The notes under the pieces are model-generated. The model was not told the DNA's origin. It did not search any database and saw nothing but the letters and a program-made list of their open reading frames with translations. Shown one piece after another: positions 11,454 through 21,834 of a stretch of 64,000 bases of DNA. Source of the stretch: Octopus vulgaris (Eukaryota); NCBI GenBank assembly GCA_951406725.2, contig OX597829.1, positions 25,172,001-25,236,000 on the forward strand. Reading direction: 5' to 3'. The translations under genes and the position numbers were made by a program. Within the stretch, counting starts at the first letter, position 1. Each line of letters starts with the position of its first letter.

Positions 11454-11851
11454 TCTTTTACTTGTTTCAGTCATTTGACTGCGGCCATGCTGGAGCACCG
11501 CCTTTTAGTCGAGCAAATCGACCCCGGGACTTATTCTTTGTAAGCCCAGTACTTATTCTATCGGCCTCTTTTGCCAAACCGCTAAGTGACGGGGACGTAA
11601 ACACACCAGCATCGGTTGTCAAGCAATGCTAGGGGGACAAACACAGACACACAAACACATACACACACATTATATATATATATATATATACATATATACG
11701 ACAGGCTTCCGTCTACCAAATCCACTCACAAGGCATTGGTCGGCCTGGGGCTATAGCAGAAGACACTTGCCCAAGATGCCACACAGTGGGACTGAACCCG
11801 GAACCATGTGGTTGGTTAGCAAGCTACTTACCACACAGCCACTCCTGCGCC
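11451..11851 (-). mobile_element. SINE family A, full length and young, between (TA)n tracts
   Basis: Head ggcgcaggagtggctgtgtggtaagtagcttgc through tail gactgaaacaagtaaaagagta on the minus strand. Confidence 0.92.
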
Positions 11852-12454
11852 TATATATATATATACATACACATACTGGGAATTCAAATCTCACCAAAAT
11901 CTAGAAAATGAGATCCGGTCAAATATGAGAACCATTTAAATCAACGCATCCTGCCTAAATATGTGTGGTGTTGTATCTACAATAGAAATTAATAACTTCT
12001 AAAAAAACAAGTCTGTCAATAATATCATCGTCATTTAACGTCCCTTTTACCATGTTAACATAGGGTGGATGATTCAACATGAAATAATGAGCCAGAGTGC
12101 TGTGCTGAGCTTCAATGTCTACTCTAGCATGGTTTCTACAGCCAGATGCCTTTCCTAACACCAAGCACTTCAGTGGGTCCTGGCTGCTTTTCTCATGGAA
12201 CCAGCACTGCTAGGTCATCAAATACTCATAAGACCCTTCAACTGAGTGGGACATAGTATTAAAGGATATGTAAGTATGATAGAGGGAGAGGAACAGGTGG
12301 CTTTCTGATGAAGTGAACACACGACTTGGGGGGGGGGGGAGATATGGTGAAGCCATACCCTCAAAGTACAAAATGAATATGAAAGAGAATAGCAATAGAG
12401 GTACAAAAGTGGGTTATAGGTAGGTGTACTTGTTGAAAACAATACTGTACTCAC

Positions 12455-12565
12455 CTAAGTGATTATCCATTTGACATAATATTTTTGGTACAGCATCATT
12501 TTTTTCAGATATTTCATCTCTAACTGGTGCCATGTTCCAAATAACAACTTTACCGCAATCATCAC
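12455..12565 (-). CDS. HIRA: HIRA coding exon 3 (GDDCGKVVIWNMAPVRDEISEKNDAVPKILCQMDNHL)
   Basis: TAG/GTGAGT, 111 nt, phase 1/1. Confidence 0.97.
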   Translation of the reverse strand: MMIAVKLLFGTWHQLEMKYLKKMMLYQKYYVKWIIT

Positions 12566-12792
12566 CTATAGTGAGAAATCGGTGATAAAAAGATAAACTC
12601 TGAGGAATTTACAGGTTATTTCCTACATCCAAATGGTAAATAAAGCAAACATACATTACATCACCAGAAAATCCTGTGGTGCAGTATTGGTCAATTGGAT
12701 TTTAGTTAATATCAGATAAAAATAAATGGAACAACTTTGTAAAAATCTTAGGAAGACTGTTGACAATTATAACTCTGTATTCATTCATTTTA

Positions 12793-15700
12793 TAACAGCC
12801 TCAGCATTGGCTTGAGGGCCAAAATGTAGAGAAGCCGAGACAGAGGGCACCCTTGACGTACCAATCGTTTGATGCAGAACAGCTCCAAAAAGAAACTGTT
12901 CGCCCGAAATAGCAATTCAATGTCGCTGTATAAAGCTTTGATCCATCCACTGAAGGTCAGGCCGAAGCCAGCCACTGCAAGGACCACCGCCAGATACTAA
13001 TGGTCTACCCTAACCAAATGCTTTCGATCGGTCTACATGGACCATAGCCCCACTCTTGCCAGGAATCGTATTTACCCTTTCTAAGGCCTAGTGTAGAAAG
13101 TGGAGATTGTCGTGGACAGTCCTGCCAAGGATGGTGCATGTTTGTGTCTCGCCAACAAGTCCACCCATGACAACCCTTTTGCTAAACCTTGGCCAAAATC
13201 TTCAACTCTGCATTAAGCAAAGTGATGAGCCAAAAATTATCAATTAAATCCCCCTTGTTTGGGTCCTTTCTTAACTGCACCACGACTCCTCAGCTCACAG
13301 ACTTGAGAATTCTCCCATTCTGCTGCCAGTTGGTGTACACGCATGCAAGTAGGTACCCAAACAAGTCTGGCATGCTACCATAGAGCTTGTGAACCGGCCA
13401 TGAACTCTGTGAGCTTCTCCCTGCGCACCAGTCCACCACTCTTCCTGAATAGCTGGGCGAAATGATCGTGAAAATCTCCTTGGGTTCGTTTACTGATCAA
13501 CCATGTGGGTCCATCAAAGATCGAATGGTTGAGTTGTTGCCACACTGGCTCTCTACCACTCAGCCCATCTTGCCGCGTTGATCCCTTCCTGTCTCAATGC
13601 ACAGATCTTAGCCCTGACAATGCACCCTCCGAGTTTACCTTTGACATGTTGGTTGAGTGCCAACCTCACTGCTAACACATTGGATGCACCGCCTGACCTC
13701 ATTGCCTCATCTACTGCCTTAACTAGTCCCTTTTCTACTTTGTTTCTAGTACTAGCTAATTTTTTGCTAAACCTAATCAGCTCAAATTTGATGGCGTACC
13801 ACCATTTGTTGTTGATAATGGATCCACTAAATGCCCTCATTACTAATTGTCTAATCTGGTTTCTGTAGGCTTCGCAGTCCAATAATGACCTCTTTCCTTC
13901 TAGTAATGATTCTATCTCTATAAGATCTGGACGACCCATTGTTTTTTGCCCAGGTCCATGCTGGAACGTCTGGGTGGTCCAGTTGGAATCGATCTGCCAA
14001 CTGGAAACAACTTAGCAGATCGTTGAGGCAAGGGTATCCCCTCCTATTCTGTCTCAAGCCAACATAGCAGATTGTGTTAAAGTCGCTAAGCAATACTAAC
14101 ATGTTTGACATGCCTAGAGAATTCTCTAGGCTTCTGAAGTAGTCGTACTGTCCAGCTCATCCTTCACAGGGAACATAGATGACAACAACCAGCCTAAAAC
14201 CTTTACCTCTTCTGTGCGTCACATCCAAAACGACCAGATCTATAAAGACAGTTCTAATCTCTAAATCCAGGTCTTTCCTGACTAGCACTGCGACCCCCTC
14301 CCGGCCGACAGGGAGAAACATATCTCTTGTAGCTGTTTAGGAGGGGTGAAAAAGACTGCAGCCCACTCAGTCTGGATTCAGTAATTACAACTACGTCCAA
14401 ATGATATGAAACATGGTCATCAAGGAGGCAGCCTTGCTTCCAAACCGACCCCAGGCCACATACATTTAAACAACCAAGTTTAAACGAGTACGTGAAAAAT
14501 AAATTGTATGTTTAAAATTTACTGTTTTAATGGGAGAGGGGGTGTAGTTTCACCCTCCAATTTTCTGTCTGTAGATGTTGTGGTTTGCAAGGTCATTTTT
14601 TTAGAGAATTGCCTGTACAAATGGCTTGAAAAGTTCATCTGTAGTGGGCCGATGTCCTCCGCAAAATATTTAGTTCAAAACAGTCTGTGCTGTCGATGAT
14701 ATAAAACTCGACGTTTGCAGGAATTGTACTGTTTAATTCCGCTGCAATATATTTTTTCACTGACTTCATTAAAAGGAGTTTGTTATTTTTGTCTATCGCC
14801 GTGAAGTTGTTTATCTTTTTTTTATTAGGCAATTGTGGAGGTGTGCGTGTGTGTGCTTTTTTTCAGTGTATGTGTGTTTGCAGCTGTAGTTGTGGGTGTG
14901 GGCGTGCGTGCTTGTCTCTCTGTGAATAGTCCTGTGTATCTGAAGAAGGGGGATCTTTCCGATTCCATCTTCACTTTGATGGTTCCACGGTGACCTACGC
15001 CTGGTTGTTGTTGTTGTTGTTTTCTTGCACTGTCGGCTGCTCTTCAGTATTTTGTGCACTCAACACATACTATTTCTAGCAGTGTGATTGTTTCCTTTGG
15101 TGGCGTGCTTGCCTTTTCTGCTGCGTTTTCTTTGACTTTTTCTTTCTTGCAATTCAACCTTATGTGGCCTTTCTCACCACATTTATAACACCTCGGCTTT
15201 TGCCCCTTGACTACCAACATCAGGCTGGTATCTTCCCCAATTAAAATTGAGCTGAGCATTTCTACCAAATTGATGGGGTTTGCTTGAATCACCAGCTCTA
15301 AGGCCTGTCCAACCCAGTTCATGTGATGGTATCTCTTCGCCCGCAGAATGGTAATTTTTTTCCTCTCTGCCCATGAGGATAACGGCTACCAGCAAGGCCG
15401 ACCCTGACTTTTGAAGTTCTCCTTCCTAAGTAAGTCAGCAGGAGAACTACCTCTTCGGACTTCAATGTCGTTGTCAAATGTTCCCTGGCTTTTTCTTCGC
15501 TAGGGAAACGCACCTCCACAGTACCAAAGCGACTATCCCTTGCTATATAACTTGTTTCTTACCATATCGGCCTCAAGCATTTCTCTATGGCTTCCCTTGT
15601 CACAAAGTCGATTTTTTAATTTTTGACGTGGTAAGTCTTGTATAACAGTGTTTTTCTCTCTGTCGTGTTGATTAATTCAATCAAAGGGAGCAACTTCACA

Positions 15701-16085
15701 TTTTCACCTTCCTTTTGCAATAAACCTTGACATTTTTTTAAATTCGTCCTTATTTATGTGAAAATTTTTACTGGAGTGAGTTACTGCACTTGCAAAATTA
15801 ACTTTAGACTTTTCCACCTGTATAGCCTTGTTAGACATTTTATCGTCTGCCTTTGTAGCAAGCACATGTGACGCCTCTATAGCTTTACCGCTCTCCTCCC
15901 CCATACTCCTTTCTATGCCTTGAAGCAAAATTTTGAGGTTTATTATATTTTCCAATCCCACATCGACCGAAAACAGGCCATGAAACATAGTTTCAAAAAA
16001 TTGGTGACAAATTCATGTTTTTAGCAGTTTCCCCCTTGAAACAAGGGGGAAACAACAACAAAATTCTGCTGTAACAGCAGAAAAA
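12793..16085 (-). mobile_element. L1/Tx1-like LINE, decayed; retains 5'UTR, ORF1, APE endonuclease and N-terminal RT, 3' end missing
   Basis: ORF1 CCHC knuckle CYKCGEKGHIRLNC (about 15150-15190); APE start FKLGCLNV near 14470; SDFN and WTW..SRSYRDRI; RT VRQGCPLS.LLYILAL. Confidence 0.85.
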
Positions 16086-16091
16086 AGTAGT

Positions 16092-16320
16092 GTGGGCATG
16101 TTTATCTATCTCGGAGCTTTGTTTCCTCAGTCGAGTTCCAGATTATCTTTGCAATTTTGGCTGGTTATTTTCAAGACTGCTCCAATCTGGCCAGCCCAAG
16201 GAAAAACTAAGCTACAACTACCATCTGTGCACATCTATATTTCTCCTATACCTGTCATTTCTTATGTCTTTGCTGTAAGGCTTCACTTCCATACACATCA
16301 GCTTAATTTAATTCGTCCTT
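16092..16320 (+). repeat. Dispersed repeat with an inverted partner copy at 16925-17235
   Basis: cagtcgagttccagattatc..gcaattttggc..tgctccaatctggccagcccaaggaaaaactaagcta recurs as its reverse complement at about 17035-17125. Confidence 0.75.
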
Positions 16321-16324
16321 AGTC

Positions 16325-16925
16325 GAAAGACTAGCCTTTTCCCTTCCTAATTTTAGGCCTTGTGCCTAAAATAGAAAGAATTAATAGGACAAGAGAAGGA
16401 AGTAAGTTGGAAGAATACTTAGCGACTTTATGTTTTTATGTTCTGAGTTTAGATTCCACCAATGTCGGCTTTGCTTTTTGTCCTTTCTGGGTCGATGAAA
16501 TAAGTACCAGTTGAGCACTGGGATCAACGTAATCAACTATCCTCTGCACATCCTCCCCAAATTTCAAGCCTTGTGTCTATAGTAGAAAGAGTTAGTAGGG
16601 CAAAACAAGCTGGCACGAGTTAGCACGTCGAACAAAATACTTAGCGTCATTACGTTCTGATTTCGGATTCACCCGAAGTCAATTTTGTCTTTCATCTTTT
16701 TAGGGTTGGTGAAATAAGTATCAGTTCAGCATTGGGATCAATGCAAAAAACTAGCCTCTGCCCCAACCCTAATTTCAGGTCTTGTGCCTAGAGTAGAAAG
16801 AATTAATAGGACAAGAGGAGGTAGCAAGACAGTAGAATAGTTAGTAACCTGGACAAAATATTTATTGGCATTTTGTCCATCTTTACGTTCTGAGTTCAAA
16901 TTCCGTAGAGGATGACTTTCATCCC
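16325..16925 (+). repeat. Head-to-tail tandem array of SINE family C copies (about 210-bp period)
   Basis: Repeated gttctgagtt...gaaataagtaccagtt.agcactgggatcaa...cttgtgccta..gtagaaaga.tta.tagg. Confidence 0.8.
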
Positions 16926-17240
16926 TGTTGTTAATGTCCTGTTATTTGCATTTGTATACCATTTCCCCGTTTTTTTTTTCCCATCCTTGTTTTTGTATAC
17001 ATTCGCTGCTTTCTTCCAAGGAATCTAGTGCTCTTAGCTTAGTTTTTCCTTGGGGTTGGCCAGATTGGAGCAATCTCAAGTATAACAAGCCAAAATTGCA
17101 ATGATAATCTGGAACTTGACTGAAGAAAGAAAACTCTGAACAACTCGTCTTTGTTTTTTCTTGTCCCTTTTTTGTATCATTTGTCTGGATGTTTTGCACT
17201 CTTGTCCCATTTTTTTTGTATTCCTCTATGTATATATATA

Positions 17241-18873
17241 ACTCAACTGCTGGTCCTGATGGTTTCCCAGCAATCCTCCTCAAATCATGAAGCATGCCCT
17301 AGCAAAACCCCTCCAGATTCTCTTCCAGAGCTTTCTTGCAAATGGCAGACTGCCAAGCAAGCTAAAGGAGGGAATAATATGCCCAATCCATAAAGGGGGA
17401 AGCAGAGCAGATGCCAAAAACTATAGGCCTATCTCTCTAACTTCACACATCAGCAAAGTCATGGAACGGATAGTTACAGGGAAACTAATTGCATTCCTTG
17501 AAGAAAATAACTTCTCTTTGCAACTGCTCAGCTACTGGGAAAGGCTGAGTGATACCCAGCATGGTTTTCGACCAGGTAGGAGCTGCCTGACCCAGCTCTT
17601 ACAACATTATGACTGGGTGTTGAGGCAGTTACTCAATCAACATAAATGTGGACGTAATATACCTTAATTTTGCAAAAGCTTTTGACAAGGTGAATCATGG
17701 TATGATATGCCACAAACTGCGTGATCTCAGCATAGCTGGAAAACTTGGAGAGTGGTTACCTGACTTTTTGAAAGATAGTAGTTAGGCAGTAGTGGCTAAT
17801 GGAGCCACCTCTATGAAAACACAAATAGTGAGCGGTGTTCCACAAGGCACTCTCTTGGGACCACTGCATTTTATAGTGGCCCTCTCAGATACGCCCTCAA
17901 GAACCCGGATAGCCGCCCTTGCAAGCTACGCAGACAATACGAAAGTCTCACAGTAAATACAGAACCCCAGCAATGTTGCACATCTGCAGCAGGAGTTGGA
18001 CTCAATTTACAGATGGGCTGAGGATAATAATATGCAGTTTAATGCTGAAAAATTCCTAGCCCTGCACTACCTGTGTCCAAAACTTAATATGAAACTTACA
18101 GGGTACACTGATCCACAGGGAATTTCAATCCCAGAGCCTAAATCATTGATGGACCTGGGTATTGATATGAGTGATGATACCTCTTTCCAAGTGCAGACAA
18201 CTGGCTGGATGGATCCTGAGAACATTCAGAACCAGAGATAAGGAAACCATGATGGTCCTCCGGAGGACATTTGTCCTCAGCCACCTGGATTACTGCTCAC
18301 AGCTATGGTCACCCAACAGTGTGAAATTAACAGCAGACCTTGAAGCAATCCAGAGAAGATTCACAAAGAAGATTGTCCCTTTGCAACTGCTCAGCCACTG
18401 GGAAAGGCTGAAACAGCCAAAACTCTACTCCCTGGAGAGAAGGCGGGAGAGGTATGCAGTAATATACATCTGGAAGATCCTGGAAGGAACCATGCAAAAT
18501 TTTGGCATTGAAAGCTACACCAATGCCAGAACAGGACGACACTGCATAGTGCCAAAGATCCCAGCAACGATATCTCATTTTAGAACCAGTTACTGCAACA
18601 GCCTGGGTTTCATGGGCTCACAGCTTTTTAATATTCTCCTAAAGAGCCTGAGGAACCTGCACAAAGTAGATGTAGGCGTTTTTATATCAAAGCTGGACCG
18701 CTTCCTGTCGATAATCGCAGATGAACCTACATCAAGGCAAGAGGTGCAAATGAGAGTAGCTATATCAAACTCCATTATTCACCAGGTTCGACATATTGGA
18801 GGAGTCTCTCAGTAATAACAGTGTAGCAAAAAGGGCGGTGCATCAGCAGGGCTGCGGCTCTGAGCTGATACAA
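17241..18873 (+). mobile_element. CR1/L2-group LINE, 5'-truncated and decayed (RT, C-terminus, 3'UTR)
   Basis: AGPDG, PIHKGG..NYRPISLTS, QHGFRPGRSC, FAKAFDKV, SGVPQG, YADN, LDYCSQLWSP, LYSLERRR. Confidence 0.93.
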
Positions 18874-19112
18874 TATATATATATATATATATAGTTGAGG
18901 TTATAAGAGGTAATGGTGTCATTGAGACCCAAAGGTGTCAGGTAATGCTGAATAAGTGCTATAGACAGACCATAATTAAGTTCCAGGTTCAGTGATTTTG
19001 TGAATAAGGGGTTCAACATTGGTCATATGTCAGCGTGTGTATATAAGAAGTTTTTTCGTAATGAGATAAAAAGCCAAGGCTGTGTAGATATTAGAACATT
19101 TATAGATAGAAT

Positions 19113-19160
19113 GTCTTACAGCTGTTTCCAGGATATTTATTATATCCCTTCATCAGAGAC
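19113..19160 (-). ncRNA. Minimal type I hammerhead ribozyme motif (Penelope type)
   Basis: Minus strand GUCU-CUGAUGA-A-GGGAUA(uaauaaa)UAUCCU-G-GAAA-CAGCUG-UA-AGAC: stem I GUCU/AGAC, stem II, palindromic stem III ACAGCUGU, GUA cleavage triplet. Confidence 0.8.
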
Positions 19161-19652
19161 GGTGTGAAAGGATGGTTAAGTAATAGTTAATTTAGATAGG
19201 ATACAAAATAGAGAGTAAGGTGGAGGAAAGAAAATAGATGTGAGATATGTAGGGATATTGAATTTGTAGATTCATTTTTTTAGGCAGAATGGTATATATG
19301 CAAGATTCCAATACCTTATGAGAAAAATCCAACAGTATTTAAAATTGTTCATTCCAAGTATAGAGTTTATACACAATGTAAGATTCCAATATCATATGAG
19401 TAAGATCCAACAGTATTTAAGGTATTGGAATCTTACATTGTGTATAAACTCTATACTTGGAATGAACAATTTTAAATACTGTTGGATTTTTCTCATAAGG
19501 TATTGGAATCTTACATATATACCATTCTGCCTAAAAAATGGATCTACAAATTCAATATCCTTACATATCTCACATCTATTTTCTTTCCTCCACCTCACTC
19601 TCAATTTTGTATCCTATCTAAATTAACTATTACTTAACCATCCTCTCACACC

Positions 19653-19704
19653 ATCTCCGATGAAGGGATATAATTAATAAATATCCTGGAAACAGCTGTA
19701 AGAC
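19653..19704 (+). ncRNA. Mutated hammerhead copy (CCGAUGA core) in the opposite arm
   Basis: atct-CCGATGA-agggata...tatcctg-GAAA-cagctg-TA-agac; U4C change in the catalytic core. Confidence 0.65.
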
Positions 19705-19764
19705 CTTATATATCTATAAATATTCTAATATCTACACAGCCTTGATTTTTTTTATCTCATTACG

Positions 19765-19795
<31 letters not shown>

Positions 19796-19958
19796 GTGAG
19801 AATATACAAAAAAAATAAAAGACAAAAAAACAACAAACAGATGTATTAGTTTCACGCACGGGAAGTGAGAAAGTTTTTTACGTTACAAGCCTACACTCTT
19901 TGACTGAAAGGAACACAGAAATAAACAGGAGAGAAAATAGAAAATATATAGATACATA

Positions 19959-20484
19959 AATCTACTACAGAAATTCTGTCTGTGGGTGTGTTTGCTTGTG
20001 TTGTTAGCTAACTCCTCCTACATTGTTTTATCGATTAGGATGAAACTCGACATGTGAGTAAAACTCATGTCTGGAAACCTCGTAACATACTTAGATTGTT
20101 GCAAAACATCAATAATACGGCCCCTAGAAGGGATTCTTATATCTACTACATATAACTAATATATTTTATTTAAACACCCAAGGAAATAACCCACAGCACC
20201 TGCACTTACAATAGTCAGTTTTTAGCGAAGCGATCAACATTTGATTCTCACGATCAGCGGAACTATTTCTACATTTCAACTAGTAAACCATATTATTTCA
20301 CCTTTTTGATTTGAATCTTAAACCTTAAAGACTTCATCCATACATTTTTACACATACATACTGTTTTGTGCTTATATATACTATATTTATATATTAGCTT
20401 TAATAAATTAGCCTTGATAAAGTTAACATTTAAAATGCCACGACAAGGAAGGCAAGCTAACAGAATTCTGTTAGCTTGCCTTCC
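19959..20484 (+). mobile_element. Helitron-like 5' fragment ending in a perfect 38-bp palindrome
   Basis: Starts TCTACTA..tctgtctgtg..atcgattaggatgaaact; ORF start MPRQGRQAN resembles Helitron Rep/Hel N-termini; palindrome at 20447-20484. Confidence 0.5.
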
Positions 20485-20709
20485 CCAATTTCAGCACATG
20501 TATTCTTAGCGAATATATATTGTAATGTGGTGATTGATGATTTAACGTCTATTCTCAACATACTGGCATAGAATTTTTTTCTCTTTTGCTCTTGTTTATA
20601 GTTGTATATCAATATATATATACATATATATTACTAAAGTTTACAGATGTATGTACTAAAGAGCCAAAGCAAAAGACTTAGTGACCATGGAATAATAAAG
20701 AACACTAAC

Positions 20710-20772
20710 CTTGACCACCTGTGGCAAATCGAGACCCATCTGGATGAATATCAATAGAAAATATTGGTTTAT
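20710..20772 (-). CDS. HIRA: HIRA coding exon 2 (DKPIFSIDIHPDGSRFATGGQ)
   Basis: CAG/GTTAGT, 63 nt, phase 1/1. Confidence 0.97.
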
Positions 20773-20809
20773 CTGAAAGTAAAAATATGGTAGAAATTAA
20801 ACATTAAAA

Positions 20810-21800
20810 TAACAAAAGGATCAAAGCTACAAACCATTGCTGAGCTTTTGAAAACATTAAGGTATAATACTGAAACATCACTTGCTACAAGAAATGAACT
20901 GTCGGAGTTTTCCCACCTTCCAAACTGCAACTGATTTTTCAGGTCCCTTGCCAAGAGAATTTTCACCAACATTACAGAGTTCTCTTTACCTCCATTTCTC
21001 AATAAAAATAGGTCTATAAACAGTACCTTCATGGAGAAAGCTACAATATTTGCATTCAATTCCATACAATTCATCCTTCACCAATCTCCTCCAAATCTAC
21101 CCCCTTTCTACTTTTCAGCCTTACACACACACACACTCCAGAGGCAGAAATAAGCAAAACCACAGGCTCTGACAATAGTCTTTCCATAACACTCAAACAC
21201 TACCCTGCAACCTGTTCCTACATTCATTAAATCTTTAATCTCTCACTCTCTACAGGGACATATCTGGAAATATTTAAGTGTGAACCATTCCAAAGAAAGG
21301 TAACCTTCTAATTCAGTCAGCTATCATCTTATTGCAGATGTTGGAGACATCCATATCCTTGAATACTTCTGTCTATCCTCAGTTACCAACAGTACTGTTT
21401 CTACAGAGCCAAATCCACTGATGACCCACTCTCTTATGCCCCTCATCAGTCTATACTCACTTTAGAGAATGTGAATGAAAGCAAAATTGTTGACCTAGAC
21501 ATCTGCAAATGATTTGACCATGGCTGATATATATAAATCTTTTTATCAAAATGTCCTGCCTACAGGCTCTACCCATCACCTATCTCTTGGATCAGTAAGT
21601 TCCCATCAAATTGCAACAGGGTTCAGTTCTGTCTTTCACACTCTTCCTTCTACACATCCACTCTTATCTAGATAATATAACCCTTTATTCTGCCTTAATC
21701 TTTCTTCAACCATGCTTCATCCCATTTGTGACTTAGAAACCACACATGAAATATGCTTAGATTCCAGGAACAGAGACCTTGAAATTAGACACTATGAGGT
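20810..21800 (+). mobile_element. Old, heavily decayed CR1/jockey-like LINE fragment
   Basis: Traces EKA.IFA, IFNLSLSTG, PIPKKG across frameshifts. Confidence 0.45.
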
Positions 21801-21834
21801 TCAATTAAACACTATAAAGACCCTTCATATGATC

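Larger units (their letters stand above)
19057..19764. mobile_element. Inverted Penelope-like pLTR pair (arms 19057-19391 and 19423-19764)
   Basis: Arms are near-exact reverse complements over about 335 bp with a 31-bp spacer; each arm carries a hammerhead core. Confidence 0.85.

Noticed and set aside
17116-17150. Hammerhead-like gacTGAAGA..GAAC..gtc
   Set aside because: GAAA core and stem III are not intact; cannot be supported.
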